A stretch of 63,480 bases of DNA, filler included, from Octopus bimaculoides (lineage: Eukaryota): NCBI RefSeq assembly GCF_001194135.2. It is 3 parts of 3 records of this genome, joined end to end, with 100 filler letters (N's around TTAATTAATTAA, not from the genome) between each part and the next. Parts side by side here need not be neighbours in the genome. Positions count along the whole stretch, not along the records: positions 1 to 25,739 come from NC_068983.1; positions 25,840 to 44,813 come from NC_069004.1; 1 more part is not named here. The stretch is one strand, 5' to 3'. The notes below the pieces were generated by a model, which saw only the letters and a program-made list of their open reading frames with translations, made no database searches and had not been told where the DNA came from. Numbering within the stretch: the first letter of the stretch is position 1; the number at the start of each line of letters is the position of its first letter. Below, in pieces: positions 25,728-37,955 of the stretch. Both the position numbers and the translations under genes were made by a program.

Positions 25728-26986
25728 ATATATATATATNNNNNNNNNNNNNNNNNNNNNNNNNNNNNNNNNNNNNNNNNNNNTTAATTAATTAANNNNN
25801 NNNNNNNNNNNNNNNNNNNNNNNNNNNNNNNNNNNNNNNATATATACATATGTATACACATGTGTCTGTCTGTGAGTGTATGTATAGATGTATTCATGTA
25901 TGCATGTGTGTGTGTGTGTGTGTGTGTTAGTGTGTGTGTTAGTGTGCGTGCTTGTGAGTGTGTGTGTGTTAGTGTGTGTGTTAGTGTGCGTGCTTGTGAG
26001 TGTGTGTGTGTGTGTGGAAAACATAATATTTGTAAACAAACCCGAAAGGTTTTGCAAGTTACAGAGAGAAAGCTACTATGCAAGACTCATAGTAACTTAC
26101 AAAGCCTTTCAGTTTTGTTTCCAAATAGTATATGTAGTATTATACAGTTTAAGTATATATTAACTAAATTTGTCTGACATTGATTAGTAAACGTTTGGCC
26201 CAATAGGATGCACAAGGAACTGTGTTATCGTTGATTTATGGGTTCGATTCTGGTTGGGGTTAGCCCATCATTTTTCAGTCATTTGTTTTGTATTTAAAAA
26301 TTATCGCTTCAAATTGGAGAAGAAAATATTATTATTTTATTATACAGTTATTTGTGTGTGTGTGTATGTGTGTGTATACCTAAGCACGCAGTCATACATT
26401 CATACATATATAGTTGCACACACACATCTAGATATCATTGAAGTGCTGTGAACAGATTTTCAACTTAATTGGCAGCAAAATGCCTCATTATTGAAATATG
26501 TTAGAATATGTAATTAGGCACACACAAACATATATACATATATATAGATAGTCGCACACTAATGTACGCACGTATACACTCAGAGAAACACACACACTCA
26601 CACAAACTCCGTCTCTCTCTCTCATACACACGCACATATACATACATGCGTATTATGGTCAAGTAAATCTGATATTATAAATAGAAATGTAATGACTATA
26701 ACCGATATCAAGTTAATTTATATATTCTAACAATATGGAAGATGAATTTTGAAATAACCAGTAATACCTGCTCGCACGTCCGCTCAAACATGTATGCATG
26801 TATGTATGTGTATGTATATTTATATCTTTGTGTGTGTTCATATATATATATATATATATATATTATAATAAAAGGGTAAAATCAATAATAATTTTACCAG
26901 GTATTCAGTGCGGTAATAAAAAACCTCGTAGGTAAATTTTACAAAATATTTTATAATTATATACATAATTATAACAATAGATCGAC

Positions 26987-27161
26987 TTTATGCCTCACCG
27001 TGCACTGTAGAAATAGACGCTAAAGCTCCTATTACCACTTTAACATCTGCGAGAATAACTCACTATATTGCTCGCCTACAATATAGTGTTATTCTCGGAG
27101 ATTTTAAGGTGGTAATAGGGGCTTTATCCTCTATTTCTTGCAGCGCGTGGTGAGGCGTAAA
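26987..27161. repeat. Inverted repeat, ~83-bp arms, 8-nt loop
   Basis: 26987-27070 pairs with 27079-27161, about 11 mismatches and 2 small indels. Confidence 0.9.
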
Positions 27162-27800
27162 GCCGTTCCCTTATTATAATTATGTATATAATGATAAAAT
27201 ATTTTATATATATATATGTGTGTGTGTGTGCGTAAAGGAAAAAAGAAAGAGGAGTGGTCGCATCCTTCAAGATAAGTTTGCTAAAGTATTATGTTATATA
27301 TTTAATCTCACTCCGATCATGTTTGAGAGCTCTCATAATCATCGTAGTTACCATAAACGAAATATATAACTACGATTATATATAATTTTACTGGATAAAT
27401 ATACCAAAATTATCTATAGCGTAACACGTATTGTTAAGACCGTTTAAATAGGCTTGAGTGATATTTGGCTGCACTTTCTGGCAAGTCGAGTGGCCACGTA
27501 GAAATTCTCTCCTTGCGTTCGTGTAATTTTGTTACCGTAGTATTGATTTTGTTGTTCTTTTCTCGTTGTTGTGGATATTCTTGGTGATTATTGTATCCTG
27601 CGGCAACTGCCAACTTATCCTCTGTCAGTTTAATGAGATTACATCTGGTCGATCGGCTAACGTGCCTGAAATAATAACCAAATCTCTTTCAAATCGCACT
27701 AAACAACAACTACATAATCTTTGGCTTACAAGATTTTTAAGAGAAACTTTTTCTGATGTCTGCATTTAGAGTTTAAACCTTATTTCTGTTAGAATATATC

Positions 27801-28012
27801 CTTTCTTTTATTTATTCTTTTACTTGTTTCAGTCATTTGACTGCAGCCATGTTGGAGCACCGGCTTTCGTCGAGTAAATCAAACCCAGGACTTATTCTTT
27901 CTAATCTTAGTACTTATTCTATAGGATTGTTTTGCCAAACCGCTAGGTTACGGGTACATAAACACACCAGCATCAGTTGTCAAGCGATGATGGGGTGGAC
28001 AAACACACACAA

Positions 28013-28091
<79 letters not shown>

Positions 28092-28250
28092 ACGGGCTTC
28101 TTTCTGTTTCCGTCTACCAGATCCACTCACAAGGTTTTGGTCGGCCCGAAGCTATAGCAGAAGACACTTACCCAAGGTGCCACGCAGTGTGACTGAACCT
28201 GAAACTATGTGGTTGGCAAGCAGCTACTTACCACACAGCTACTCTTGCGC
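27801..28250 (-). mobile_element. SINE family A, full length, with expanded internal (AC)n
   Basis: Reverse-complement match to family A; pure (AC)n at 28013-28088. Confidence 0.9.
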
Positions 28251-28999
28251 GTGTGTCTCAAAGTAAACTAAATTCCTATTAAACAGCCTTTCAAAACATA
28301 GCAAATATTAAGCACAACCATAAATGAATTGTTTCCTTTACAGATCAGCTTACTGTTCAGTCTTCACTTACACAGTCAAAAGATAACGATCACTGAGCTT
28401 CTCATTCGGCAAGATTTCATATGATGTATGTATTTTGGTTCAAAATGATCAATTGTTGATCATTTAAAATTATTTTCTCGTCAATATCTCGACGGGACAT
28501 TGTTTTGTTTTATACTATTTCATACACTATTTCCAGAACAAATGAAAAATGAACACATTTTCCATATATATATATATTTATTTATATATATATATATATA
28601 TTATATGCGTGTGTGTATTGTGTGTGGTGTGTGTATGTGTGTGTACATATACATACTGTTGTGTCTGGGGAGAGTCACACTGCCTTAATATCTAACAAAC
28701 TCACCGGTTCAATTCCCACTCATTCAGCTTTCATTTTATTTTGTCTTCCACACATTTTCGTTGCTTTTGCAATCTTCTCAATCGATGTTGACACTGAACC
28801 TTGGAATCATGTGGTGAGTAAACAAGCCACTTACCATACGAGGGGTTGAAAATGCAGAGGTCTTTTAAAGATGTTTATTGACTTGACCGGTTTCACTGCT
28901 ATTAAAAAAGATATTCAAAAGTAAAGTGCAAGACTTTGTGTAGCTTTTGTGGTGTTAAAAACTAGTTAACATAGATGTATTAAAATACAGTGATCGAGA

Positions 29000-29098
29000 C
29001 TTTGACAATGATAAGAAAATGTTAAGAAATAGAATCTTTGACAATGATAAGAAATTTTAAGAAATAGAATCTTTGACAATGATAAGAAAATGTTAAGA
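29000..29098. repeat. 35-bp minisatellite, about 2.8 copies
   Basis: Unit CTTTGACAATGATAAGAAAATGTTAAGAAATAGAAT-like; shorter duplications follow at 29110-29300. Confidence 0.85.
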
Positions 29099-29452
29099 GA
29101 GGCTTTGTGCATACATAAAAGTGTTCAAAACAGCTTACATAAAAGTGTTCAAAATAAGTTCATAATTGTTTATAAGTTCATCAGAAATCAGAAATTTTTA
29201 TACGCGTAGATACAGAAAGAATTTGTACACAGTATTTTATAGGAGAAAGCGTGTATTGCTTTGTCAAATGTTCATCAGAAATTATAATTGTTTATAAAGA
29301 TTTTAGAGGAATGACCAACCGTTTCTGTTCATCTCCAGTCTTGTGAAGAAGTCAATAAACATCTTTAAAAGATCTCTGCATTTTCAAAGTCTCTTCCCTA
29401 TATATTTCCACTCGTGCGGTACCTTCCAATTTTACTCTGTTATATATATGTG

Positions 29453-29490
<38 letters not shown>

Positions 29491-29500
29491 NNNNNNNNNN

Positions 29501-29835
29501 TGGCACCTTGGAAAAGTGTCTTCTACTATAGCCTCGGGCCGACCAAAGCCTTGTGAGTGAGTTTGGTAGACGGAAAACTGAAAGAAGCCCGTCATATATA
29601 TGTATATATATGTGTATGTTTGTGTGTCTGTGTTTGTCTCCCCATCATCGCTTGACAACCGATGGTGGTGTGTTTATGTCACCGTAACTTAGCGGTTTGG
29701 CAAAAGAGACGATAGAATAAGTACTAAGCTTACAAAGAATAAGTCCTGGAGTCGATTTGCTCGACTAAAGGCGGTGCTCCAGAATGGCCACAGTCAAATG
29801 ACTGAAACAAGTAAAAGAATAAAAGAATAAAAGAA
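29501..29835 (+). mobile_element. SINE family A, head lost in a gap
   Basis: TGGCACCTTGGAAAAGTG...GACTGAAACAAGT followed by (AAAAGAAT)n tail. Confidence 0.9.
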
Positions 29836-30342
29836 TATATGTATGTATTTACTCGGAGCTGTAAAGAAGTGAATAATGACAAAATAAGCTGATCATTTGT
29901 GGGGAGGATGACTTACATCTACATTCGCTTCAGTTACCGTAGTCGTGTATCCATGGACCTAGGAATAAACAATTATCTTTTGAGTTCCATTCGCTTATAC
30001 CTCAAACATAAAGTGAACTACATACTGGGGTCTCCGATGAAGCTATAAGATGATACTCAGGTGCTAAACTATGAGTCTATTACAACATATACCAGAAACA
30101 GGTGTGTGGCGAATTAAGTTCATAGGAGAAATGTTGCTTCCTTTGTCATCTCAATTTCTTGTAACCATTTTGTACTCAACTTACGTCTGTTTCTGAAGAA
30201 TATGTATACTGCGTTCTACACAAGGTTATTAGTATTCCAATGCCTAAGAGAAAGGATCTTGTCCCTTTTTGTATCATCTAACTGTTTGGATGTTTTGTTG
30301 TCGCCTGTTGCGTTTTTGTTCCATTTTTGTATNNNNNNNNNN

Positions 30343-30377
<35 letters not shown>

Positions 30378-31944
30378 TACACGCTAACGCAAGCACACGC
30401 ACATATATAGAAATATGCATGCGTCCGTAGATGTATAGATAGACACCGCCTTTGCATCGCACGGCCAGTGGAGAGACTGTAACACCAGACGAATCATCAA
30501 TGTTATCAGCAGGCTTAACTACTGCAGTAAGGTCAGGAAGAACTGACTTGAGGAATTAACCGAATTCCAATACGTTTACTTCTCGAAGTTCTTTTAAGAG
30601 ATATTGAAAAATATATTTTCCCTTCGGTCTGTAACGTATTAGTAATATTTCTGAACATCGATTCTCTTTGACAGCTGAAGTTACGATATGGTGATAACTA
30701 AGGATTCTCACAGAAGCAAAACGTTTACATTCCTTAGGTATTTGTTTTACCTCTACATTATTCTCCCTATATCTGCTGTCCTCAAAGTAAACTTCACTTC
30801 ACACCCTGATCCTTCCTCTGTCAATCTTGCCATCCAGGGTTCGTCTTTGTCTCTTCTACCTAAGCCGTTTCATTGTTTTCTACGTTGCCTGTTTCGTTTG
30901 CCCTCTTGAAGCCTAAGATAACAATTCTTTGCCTCGACTTCAAGGTCGTATTTCAAAGTTACAGCGTACAGAATTATTTCTCAGACATTATCTAAAGTAG
31001 AAATATGCTGTGCTGTCTATGAATCCCTTAAACAGAATGTTGCATATTAGAGTTTTTAAGTCATGAAGTTTGCCTACCTCTTTAATCACAAGAACTCTGT
31101 CCCAAAACTCTCGTTGCCATAATCTCTTAATAATTATGACTCCATCTATTGTTGTTCGTGGAAGAATCATTTGCTGGCAAGAACATCTAACCTATTTTAC
31201 GTCAGTATTATAATTCAGAAAAAGAAATCCACCGAGTCTGTACTTAACATTGTGCAAATCCGAAAGTGCTTACTTTTTAGCATCATATACTTCTCAAATT
31301 CACCATCGACGTACCAGCATCTAATCTTGCTTAGAAGTTCTATTTTCTGGAACTTATAATGGCAAGTAGGCCATTGTTCTATATCTGGAAAAAAAAAACT
31401 TGGAATTAAATCGAATCCTGGAGCAAAGCAGAGCTATTAGCGATTAGGCGAGAAAGAAATTTGACAACAAAAGAAAAAAACGTTATTTCGAAATTCGTCA
31501 AGAAAGCTACTCAGCTAAAGAATAAAAGGTGGATGTAACCTATAGGCAAGTATTTTCGGCAGGATATTCGTATGTCAGACACGTTCTATAATTTTGCTGT
31601 AAGCGAGGTGACTAATAGAATTTCTGTAAAGCGAGAATCTACTGGTCTCTAAACTTTACGAAGGCAATACTAGTGGTCATTAGGGAGACAGCGAGAAATA
31701 AAATCTCAGTAAGCAATGAAATCAGTTCGTTCGACCAGTCTTATTCTTTCCAATGAAACGCTGTGTAACAATGCAATTGTTTACATATATATTGTGTATT
31801 AAATTCAGTTTGATTGAGAAATAAACACTGTTGACTGCAATCTATAGGATTATTCTGAAGTGCATTATTACAGAGTCACATGAAAACAAACACAAGCACA
31901 TATGTGTATACACACACACACACATACACATACACGCACGCACA

Positions 31945-32100
31945 CACATATAGTTGGAATTTACAAAAAACAAAAGACGAAGAGGGGTGTGTAAACAACA
32001 AGCAGGTGTATTAGTTTAACGCTCGGGAAGGTGAGAAAGTCTTTTACGTTTCGTGCCTACGCTCTTCAACAGAAAGGAACACGAGAAAATAAACAGAGAG
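31945..32100 (-). mobile_element. Dispersed repeat resembling a Penelope-like element terminus
   Basis: Minus strand TTGAAGAGCGTAGGCACGAAACGT resembles PLE terminal hammerhead-like motifs; a partial second copy lies at ~56300-56350. Confidence 0.35.
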
Positions 32101-34448
32101 AGAGAGAGAGAGANNNNNNNNNNNNNNNNNNNNNNNNNNNNNNNNNNNNNNNNNNNNNNNNNNNNNNNNNNNNNNNNNNNNNNNNNNNNNNNNNNNNNNN
32201 NNNNNNNNNNNNNNNNNNNNNNNNNNNNNNNNNNNNNNNNNNNNNNNNNNNNNNNNNNNNNNNNNNNNNNNNNNNNNNNNNNNNNNNNNNNNNNNNNNNN
32301 NNNNNNNNNNNNNNNNNNNNNNNNNNNNNNNNNNNNNNNNNNNNNNNNNNNNNNNNNNNNNNNNNNNNNNNNNNNNNNNNNNNNNNNNNNNNNNNNNNNN
32401 NNNNNNNNNNNNNNNNNNNNNNNNNNNNNNNNNNNNNNNNNNNNNNNNNNNNNNNNNNNNNNNNNNNNNNNNNNNNNNNNNNNNNNNNNNNNNNNNNNNN
32501 NNNNNNNNNNNNNNNNNNNNNNNNNNNNNNNNNNNNNNNNNNNNNNNNNNNNNNNNNNNNNNNNNNNNNNNNNNNNNNNNNNNNNNNNNNNNNNNNNNNN
32601 NNNNNNNNNNNNNNNNNNNNNNNNNNNNNNNNNNNNNNNNNNNNNNNNNNNNNTATATATATATACGTATGTGTGTGTATGTATGTATACATGTATACTA
32701 TGTGGTCCAACAGATTTTGTGCCTACCAAATTACGTTCGCATAGAATGGAATTGACTAAAACGAGGCCGTGGCGGGAAAGAGAAACGTCAGCTCGGTATC
32801 ATTGAACATTTGGAAAGCATCAGAAATCACATGGTTACAAGACAAAAAAATCTCAGTCACACAACAGCAACAGTTGTCTACTATTAGTTGTAATTCCTTC
32901 TAGCCGTTTCAACGAACGCACAAAGTGAATCCTCGTCAGCTCGATTCTAACACGAATGATTTTCAGTTAATGTGACTCTGAACGACATCCAGAAAATCTA
33001 TGTATGGCTCACAACGACATTTACATAAATCAGATTATATTTCTGCATAATCACAACTAGAAACAATATATATTTACAGAAGGAAAATAAAGAATAATAA
33101 ATGGAAATGAAAGAAGTAATATTTTTTGTTCTATTTATGGATATTTTTGTGAATTTTCTTCAACTATTTCACGATCTACTACATCAAGGTTTTTATTTTG
33201 TTTCTGCAATTAGTTAACAATTCTCACTTTCTCATTGGACATCTATGTGTGAATAAATACGTGCTTACTCAAAGAGGAATCTAAACGTGTATATATCTAT
33301 ATATGTATATATGTGTGTATGTGTGTCTGTGTTTATATTTATGTATATATGCATATATATGACATAATATATTCATATATATGTATGTATATATATGTAT
33401 ATATGTGTGTATGTGTGTCTGTGTTTATATTTATGTATATATGCATATATATGACATNNNNNNNNNNNNNNNNNNNNNNNNNNNNNNNNNNNNNNNNNNN
33501 NNNNNNNNNNNNNNNNNNNNNNNNNNNNNNNNNNNNNNNNNNNNNNNNNNNNNNNNNNNNNNNNNNNNNNNNNNNNNNNNNNNNNNNNNNNNNNNNNNNN
33601 NNNNNNNNNNNNNNNNNNNNNNNNNNNNNNNNNNNNNNNNNNNNNNNNNNNNNNNNNNNNNNNNNNNNNNNNNNNNNNNNNNNNNNNNNNNNNNNNNNNN
33701 NNNNNNNNNNNNNNNNNNNNNNNNNNNNNNNNNNNNNNNNNNNNNNNNNNNNNNNNNNNNNNNNNNNNNNNNNNNNNNNNNNNNNNNNNNNNNNNNNNNN
33801 NNNNNNNNNNNNNNNNNNNNNNNNNNNNNNNNNNNNNNNNNNNNNNNNNNNNNNNNNNNNNNNNNNNNNNNNNNNNNNNNNNNNNNNNNNNNNNNNNNNN
33901 NNNNNNNNNNNNNNNNNNNNNNNNNNNNNNNNNNNNNNNNNNNNNNNNNNNNNNNNNNNNNNNNNNNNNNNNNNNNNNNNNNNNNNNNNNNNNNNNNNNN
34001 NNNNNNNNNNNNNNNNNNNNNNNNNNNNNNNNNNNNNNNNNNNNNNNNNNNNNNNNNNNNNNNNNNNNNNNNNNNNNNNNNNNNNNNNNNNNNNNNNNNN
34101 NNNNNNNNNNNNNNNNNNNNNNNNNNNNNNNNNNNNNNNNNNNNNNNNNNNNNNNNNNNNNNNNNNNNNNNNNNNNNNNNNNNNNNNNNNNNNNNNNNNN
34201 NNNNNNNNNNNNNNNNNNNNNNNNNNNNNNNNNNNNNNNNNNNNNNNNNNNNNNNNNNNNNNNNNNNNNNNNNNNNNNNNNNNNNNNNNNNNNNNNNNNN
34301 NNNNNNNNNNNNNNNNNNNNNNNNNNNNNNNNNNNNNNNNNNNNNNNNNNNNNNNNNNNNNNNNNNNNNNNNNNNNNNNNNNNNNNNNNNNNNNNNNNNN
34401 NNNNNNNNNNNNNNNNNNNNNNNNNNNNNNNNNNNNNNNNNNNNNNNN

Positions 34449-34505
<57 letters not shown>

Positions 34506-35107
34506 TATATATATATGCATATGACACACACGTAGACATGGTGCGCGGATGCACATTCAAAAACGCCACATGCACGCGCAATCACACTCACACACACACA
34601 TACATATATAATCAAATATCAATCACTATTTCGTTTTTTTTTTTTTTCATTTAGTACTACCATCTGCCTTCGTTTGCTGAATATATTTCTTTTGATAATT
34701 GAAACACCAACGAAACCGCCATCTGCTCTAAGAGTTAGGAGCAGCAACATCAACAAGTGAAGAAGTATGAGCAGTAGGAACAACAACAACATAATGATTT
34801 CAAATTTTGGCACAAAGCCATCAATTTTAGAGGAGGGGTATAATAACTATAACAAGAACAACTATAATAATAATAATAACAATAATAATAATAATAATTA
34901 TAATAATAATAATNNNNNNNNNNATATATATGTGTGTGTGTGTATTTCTACACACACATAACACACACAAACACATAAATATATATGCACGTATGTGCAC
35001 ACGCCTGCATATACATTTATGTTCAAATTTGAATTATGTATGAGAAAATGTGCATATTTGTATCTATTATGTATGTGTGCATATATATATATGTGTGTGT
35101 GTGTGCG

Positions 35108-35140
<33 letters not shown>

Positions 35141-35656
35141 ATATATATGTATGCATGTATGTATAAATAACTATGTATATCTATTATATATGTGTAAGTA
35201 AATGTACATATATACATACATATATATGGCTAGTTATATATATGAATATATGTTTGGATACATATCTATATATAAATATATGTATACGTATCTATATCTA
35301 TCTATCTATCTATCTATCTATATATATATATATATGTCTGTGTGAATGTTTTTATATATACATTTATGTGCACCAGCTATGCCTACATGTATATTTTTTG
35401 GCGTAAGTTGATCATGTGCCTTCATTTTGCATTCAAAACTATTTAAAATTTTCATTTTTATTTCAAATAATACAGCAAATTAAATATTAAATTAAATATG
35501 CAAATTAGATTTTCTGTCTTAATTCATTTTCACAGATGCAATTTTATTAGTCTTTTTCATGTGGACGTGTATGCGTATGTATGTGTGAATATTTGTAGTT
35601 ATGTATGTGTTTAGGTACGTGAGCAAATATATATACATACATACATATATATATAC

Positions 35657-35796
35657 TTCATTAGAAATGCAGAGACGCCTATAATAGGACATCTACTCGC
35701 TAGAAATAGCAGCAAAAATACTACATATGTAGTATTTTTGCTGCTATTTCTAGCGAGTAGATGTCCTATTATAGGTGTCTCTGCATTTCTAATGAA
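35657..35796. repeat. Loopless 140-bp palindrome, 70-bp arms, 1 mismatch
   Basis: Centre CTACAT|ATGTAG; the single mismatch is G.T on the + strand. Confidence 0.9.
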
Positions 35797-36349
35797 TAAT
35801 ACATAGTCTATTGACTGTTTTTACTCTCGCTAGGCCACTGGTGGTAAATAAAATTTCTAAAATTTTCTTTGCCACCCTATAATTTATTAATAATGATAAA
35901 ATACATATATATATATATATATATANNNNNNNNNNNNNNNNNNNNNNNNNNNNNNNNNNNNNNNNNNNNNNNNNNNNNNNNNNNNNNNNNNNNNNNNNNN
36001 NNNNNNNNNNNNNNNNNNNNNNNNNNNNNNNNNNNNNNNNNNNNNNNNNNNNNNNNNNNNNNNNNNNNNNNNNNNNNNNNNNNNNNNNNNNNNNNNNNNN
36101 NNNNNNNNNNNNNNNNNNNNNNNNNNNNNNNNNNNNNNNNNNNNNNNNNNNNNNNNNNNNNNNNNNNNNNNNNNNNNNNNNNNNNNNNNNNNNNNNNNNN
36201 NNNNNNNNNNNNNNNNNNNNNNNNNNNNNNNNNNNNNNNNNNNNNNNNNNNNNNNNNNNNNNNNNNNNNNNNNNNNNNNNNNNNNNNNNNNNNNNNNNNN
36301 NNNNNNNNNNNNNNNNNNNAATTTTAGAGGAGGGGTATAATAACTATAA

Positions 36350-36395
36350 CAAGAACAACTATAATAATAATAATAACAATAATAATAATAATAAT

Positions 36396-36444
<49 letters not shown>

Positions 36445-36721
36445 TTATTTTAAAGCAAACCCGTAATTTTCTTATGGTTTCTTAAACATTCTCTAGAACA
36501 ACACTACGTACAAAACCTAATATGTAACACCCGAGGCATAACACCAACATGAACTTCTAGTTTGTTGTGTCTTGAGGTATCTGGGTGAGACTTGGAGCAA
36601 AGCAAAAGTCAACCATAAAATAATAGTAATAATAATAATAATAATAATAACAACAACAACAGCAACAATAATGATAACAACAGTAATAATAATAACAATG
36701 ATAATAACAACAATAATAATA

Positions 36722-36766
<45 letters not shown>
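36350..36766. repeat. (AAT)n tracts flanking a ~180-bp insert, grading into (AAC)n and (GAT)n
   Basis: Direct reading; the insert occupies ~36442-36620. Confidence 0.9.
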
Positions 36767-36767
<1 letters not shown>

Positions 36768-37570
36768 CCTGTACAGGTAATTACAGTAAGGAGGTGAGGT
36801 AGGAAAATGAGAGCTGTCCTTATAAATTCTGATGTGGTACACGTTATAGAAAGGGAAAACGTTGGAATGAAATCTAAGCTACGGTTTCTATTCTGAAGGT
36901 AGGCAGCTAAAAAACGAGACTGATCTTCTATAGGTATAAATATCAAATGAATGAAAGTAATATATGACCATGTAGCAGATAACTGCATTTATTGTCCTAA
37001 AACGAAATGGGGGTGGGCGAGTCGGTGGTGTGTTGGCTCATATTTCTAGGAATTCGGATACTGCATATTTGACCCGAAAGATTTTTACACATACGGCATT
37101 CCTACACCAGAGTATCCCACCGAATTTGTTTTTTCCTAAGTTTAGGGAAAATGGGTATTTTGAAAGGAAATGAAGAAACATAATAATCGTATAAAAATTA
37201 TCTCCCTTAGACAGGTCGTTTATTTTGGCACTGCTATATGTGCAACATATAGGAAAAGTGCCTGTAGGTCCGTTTGGAGAGCAGCTACAAACTAGGGACT
37301 AGTTCCATTGTCTTCAGTGTAAAATTTTACACAAGAATTAGCTTTTAGTTTTTGTACAGATGCTGTAGTATTTCTTGCTATAGATGGACGGACAAACAGA
37401 CAGATTCTCACAGATGTTAATTTTTATTATATATANNNNNNNNNNNNNNNNNNNNNNNNNNNNNNNNNNNNNNNNNNNNNNNNNNNNNNNNNNNNNNNNN
37501 NNNNNNNNNNNNNNNNNNNNNNNNNNNNNNNNNNNNNNNNNNNNNNNNNNNNNNNNNNNNNNNNNNNNNN

Positions 37571-37607
<37 letters not shown>

Positions 37608-37619
37608 ACACAAAGAATA

Positions 37620-37955
37620 GAAATTCGCTGCAAGGCGGGCGCAGAGCAGGAGAGATCTTCAGAGGAAGAACTCCCATCCGTCAAATGTTTCAACCCTTAT
37701 ACCTGACAGTCTACGGGAGCCGGGCCCACCCAGATCACCATAACTCCTAGATGTCCTCCTGCTATATTGCAAATCCTGTCTCCAGCAGGATTTGAACCTG
37801 GGTCGTTCTTTTGTTCCATTTTATTCCTGTAAATAACCAAGGGAATCCATAAATATGCCCATTGATCATTCCTCTTCGCCCATATCCACACTGAGCTCTT
37901 TTCAGCAACATCAGACAAGCGCTTAATTGTGACAATTCTTCTGCGGCCTTTGACA
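37620..37955 (-). mobile_element. 5'-truncated 3' end of a second HERO-type element
   Basis: Minus strand VKGRRRIVTIKRLSDVAEKSSVWIWAKRNDQW matches the REL C-terminal AEKASxWIWxKR motif also seen near 7270-7330, followed by a GC-rich 3' UTR. Confidence 0.75.

Noticed and set aside
25784-25795. TTAATTAATTAA island between N runs, repeated at 44858-44869
   Set aside because: An identical six-frame-stop linker embedded in gaps; a scaffolding artefact.
30440-31380. Complex, coding-like stretch (also 18240-18750, 42040-42440, 59100-59440)
   Set aside because: All frames are interrupted and I recognise no motif; probably old TE debris, and a database search is needed.
33293-33457. ~80-bp tandem duplication of low-complexity sequence
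   Set aside because: It abuts a gap and consists of microsatellite; misassembly or slippage.
34824-36410. Near-identical ~90-bp sequence at 34824-34913 and 36320-36410
   Set aside because: Both copies touch gap edges; most likely redundant contig ends.
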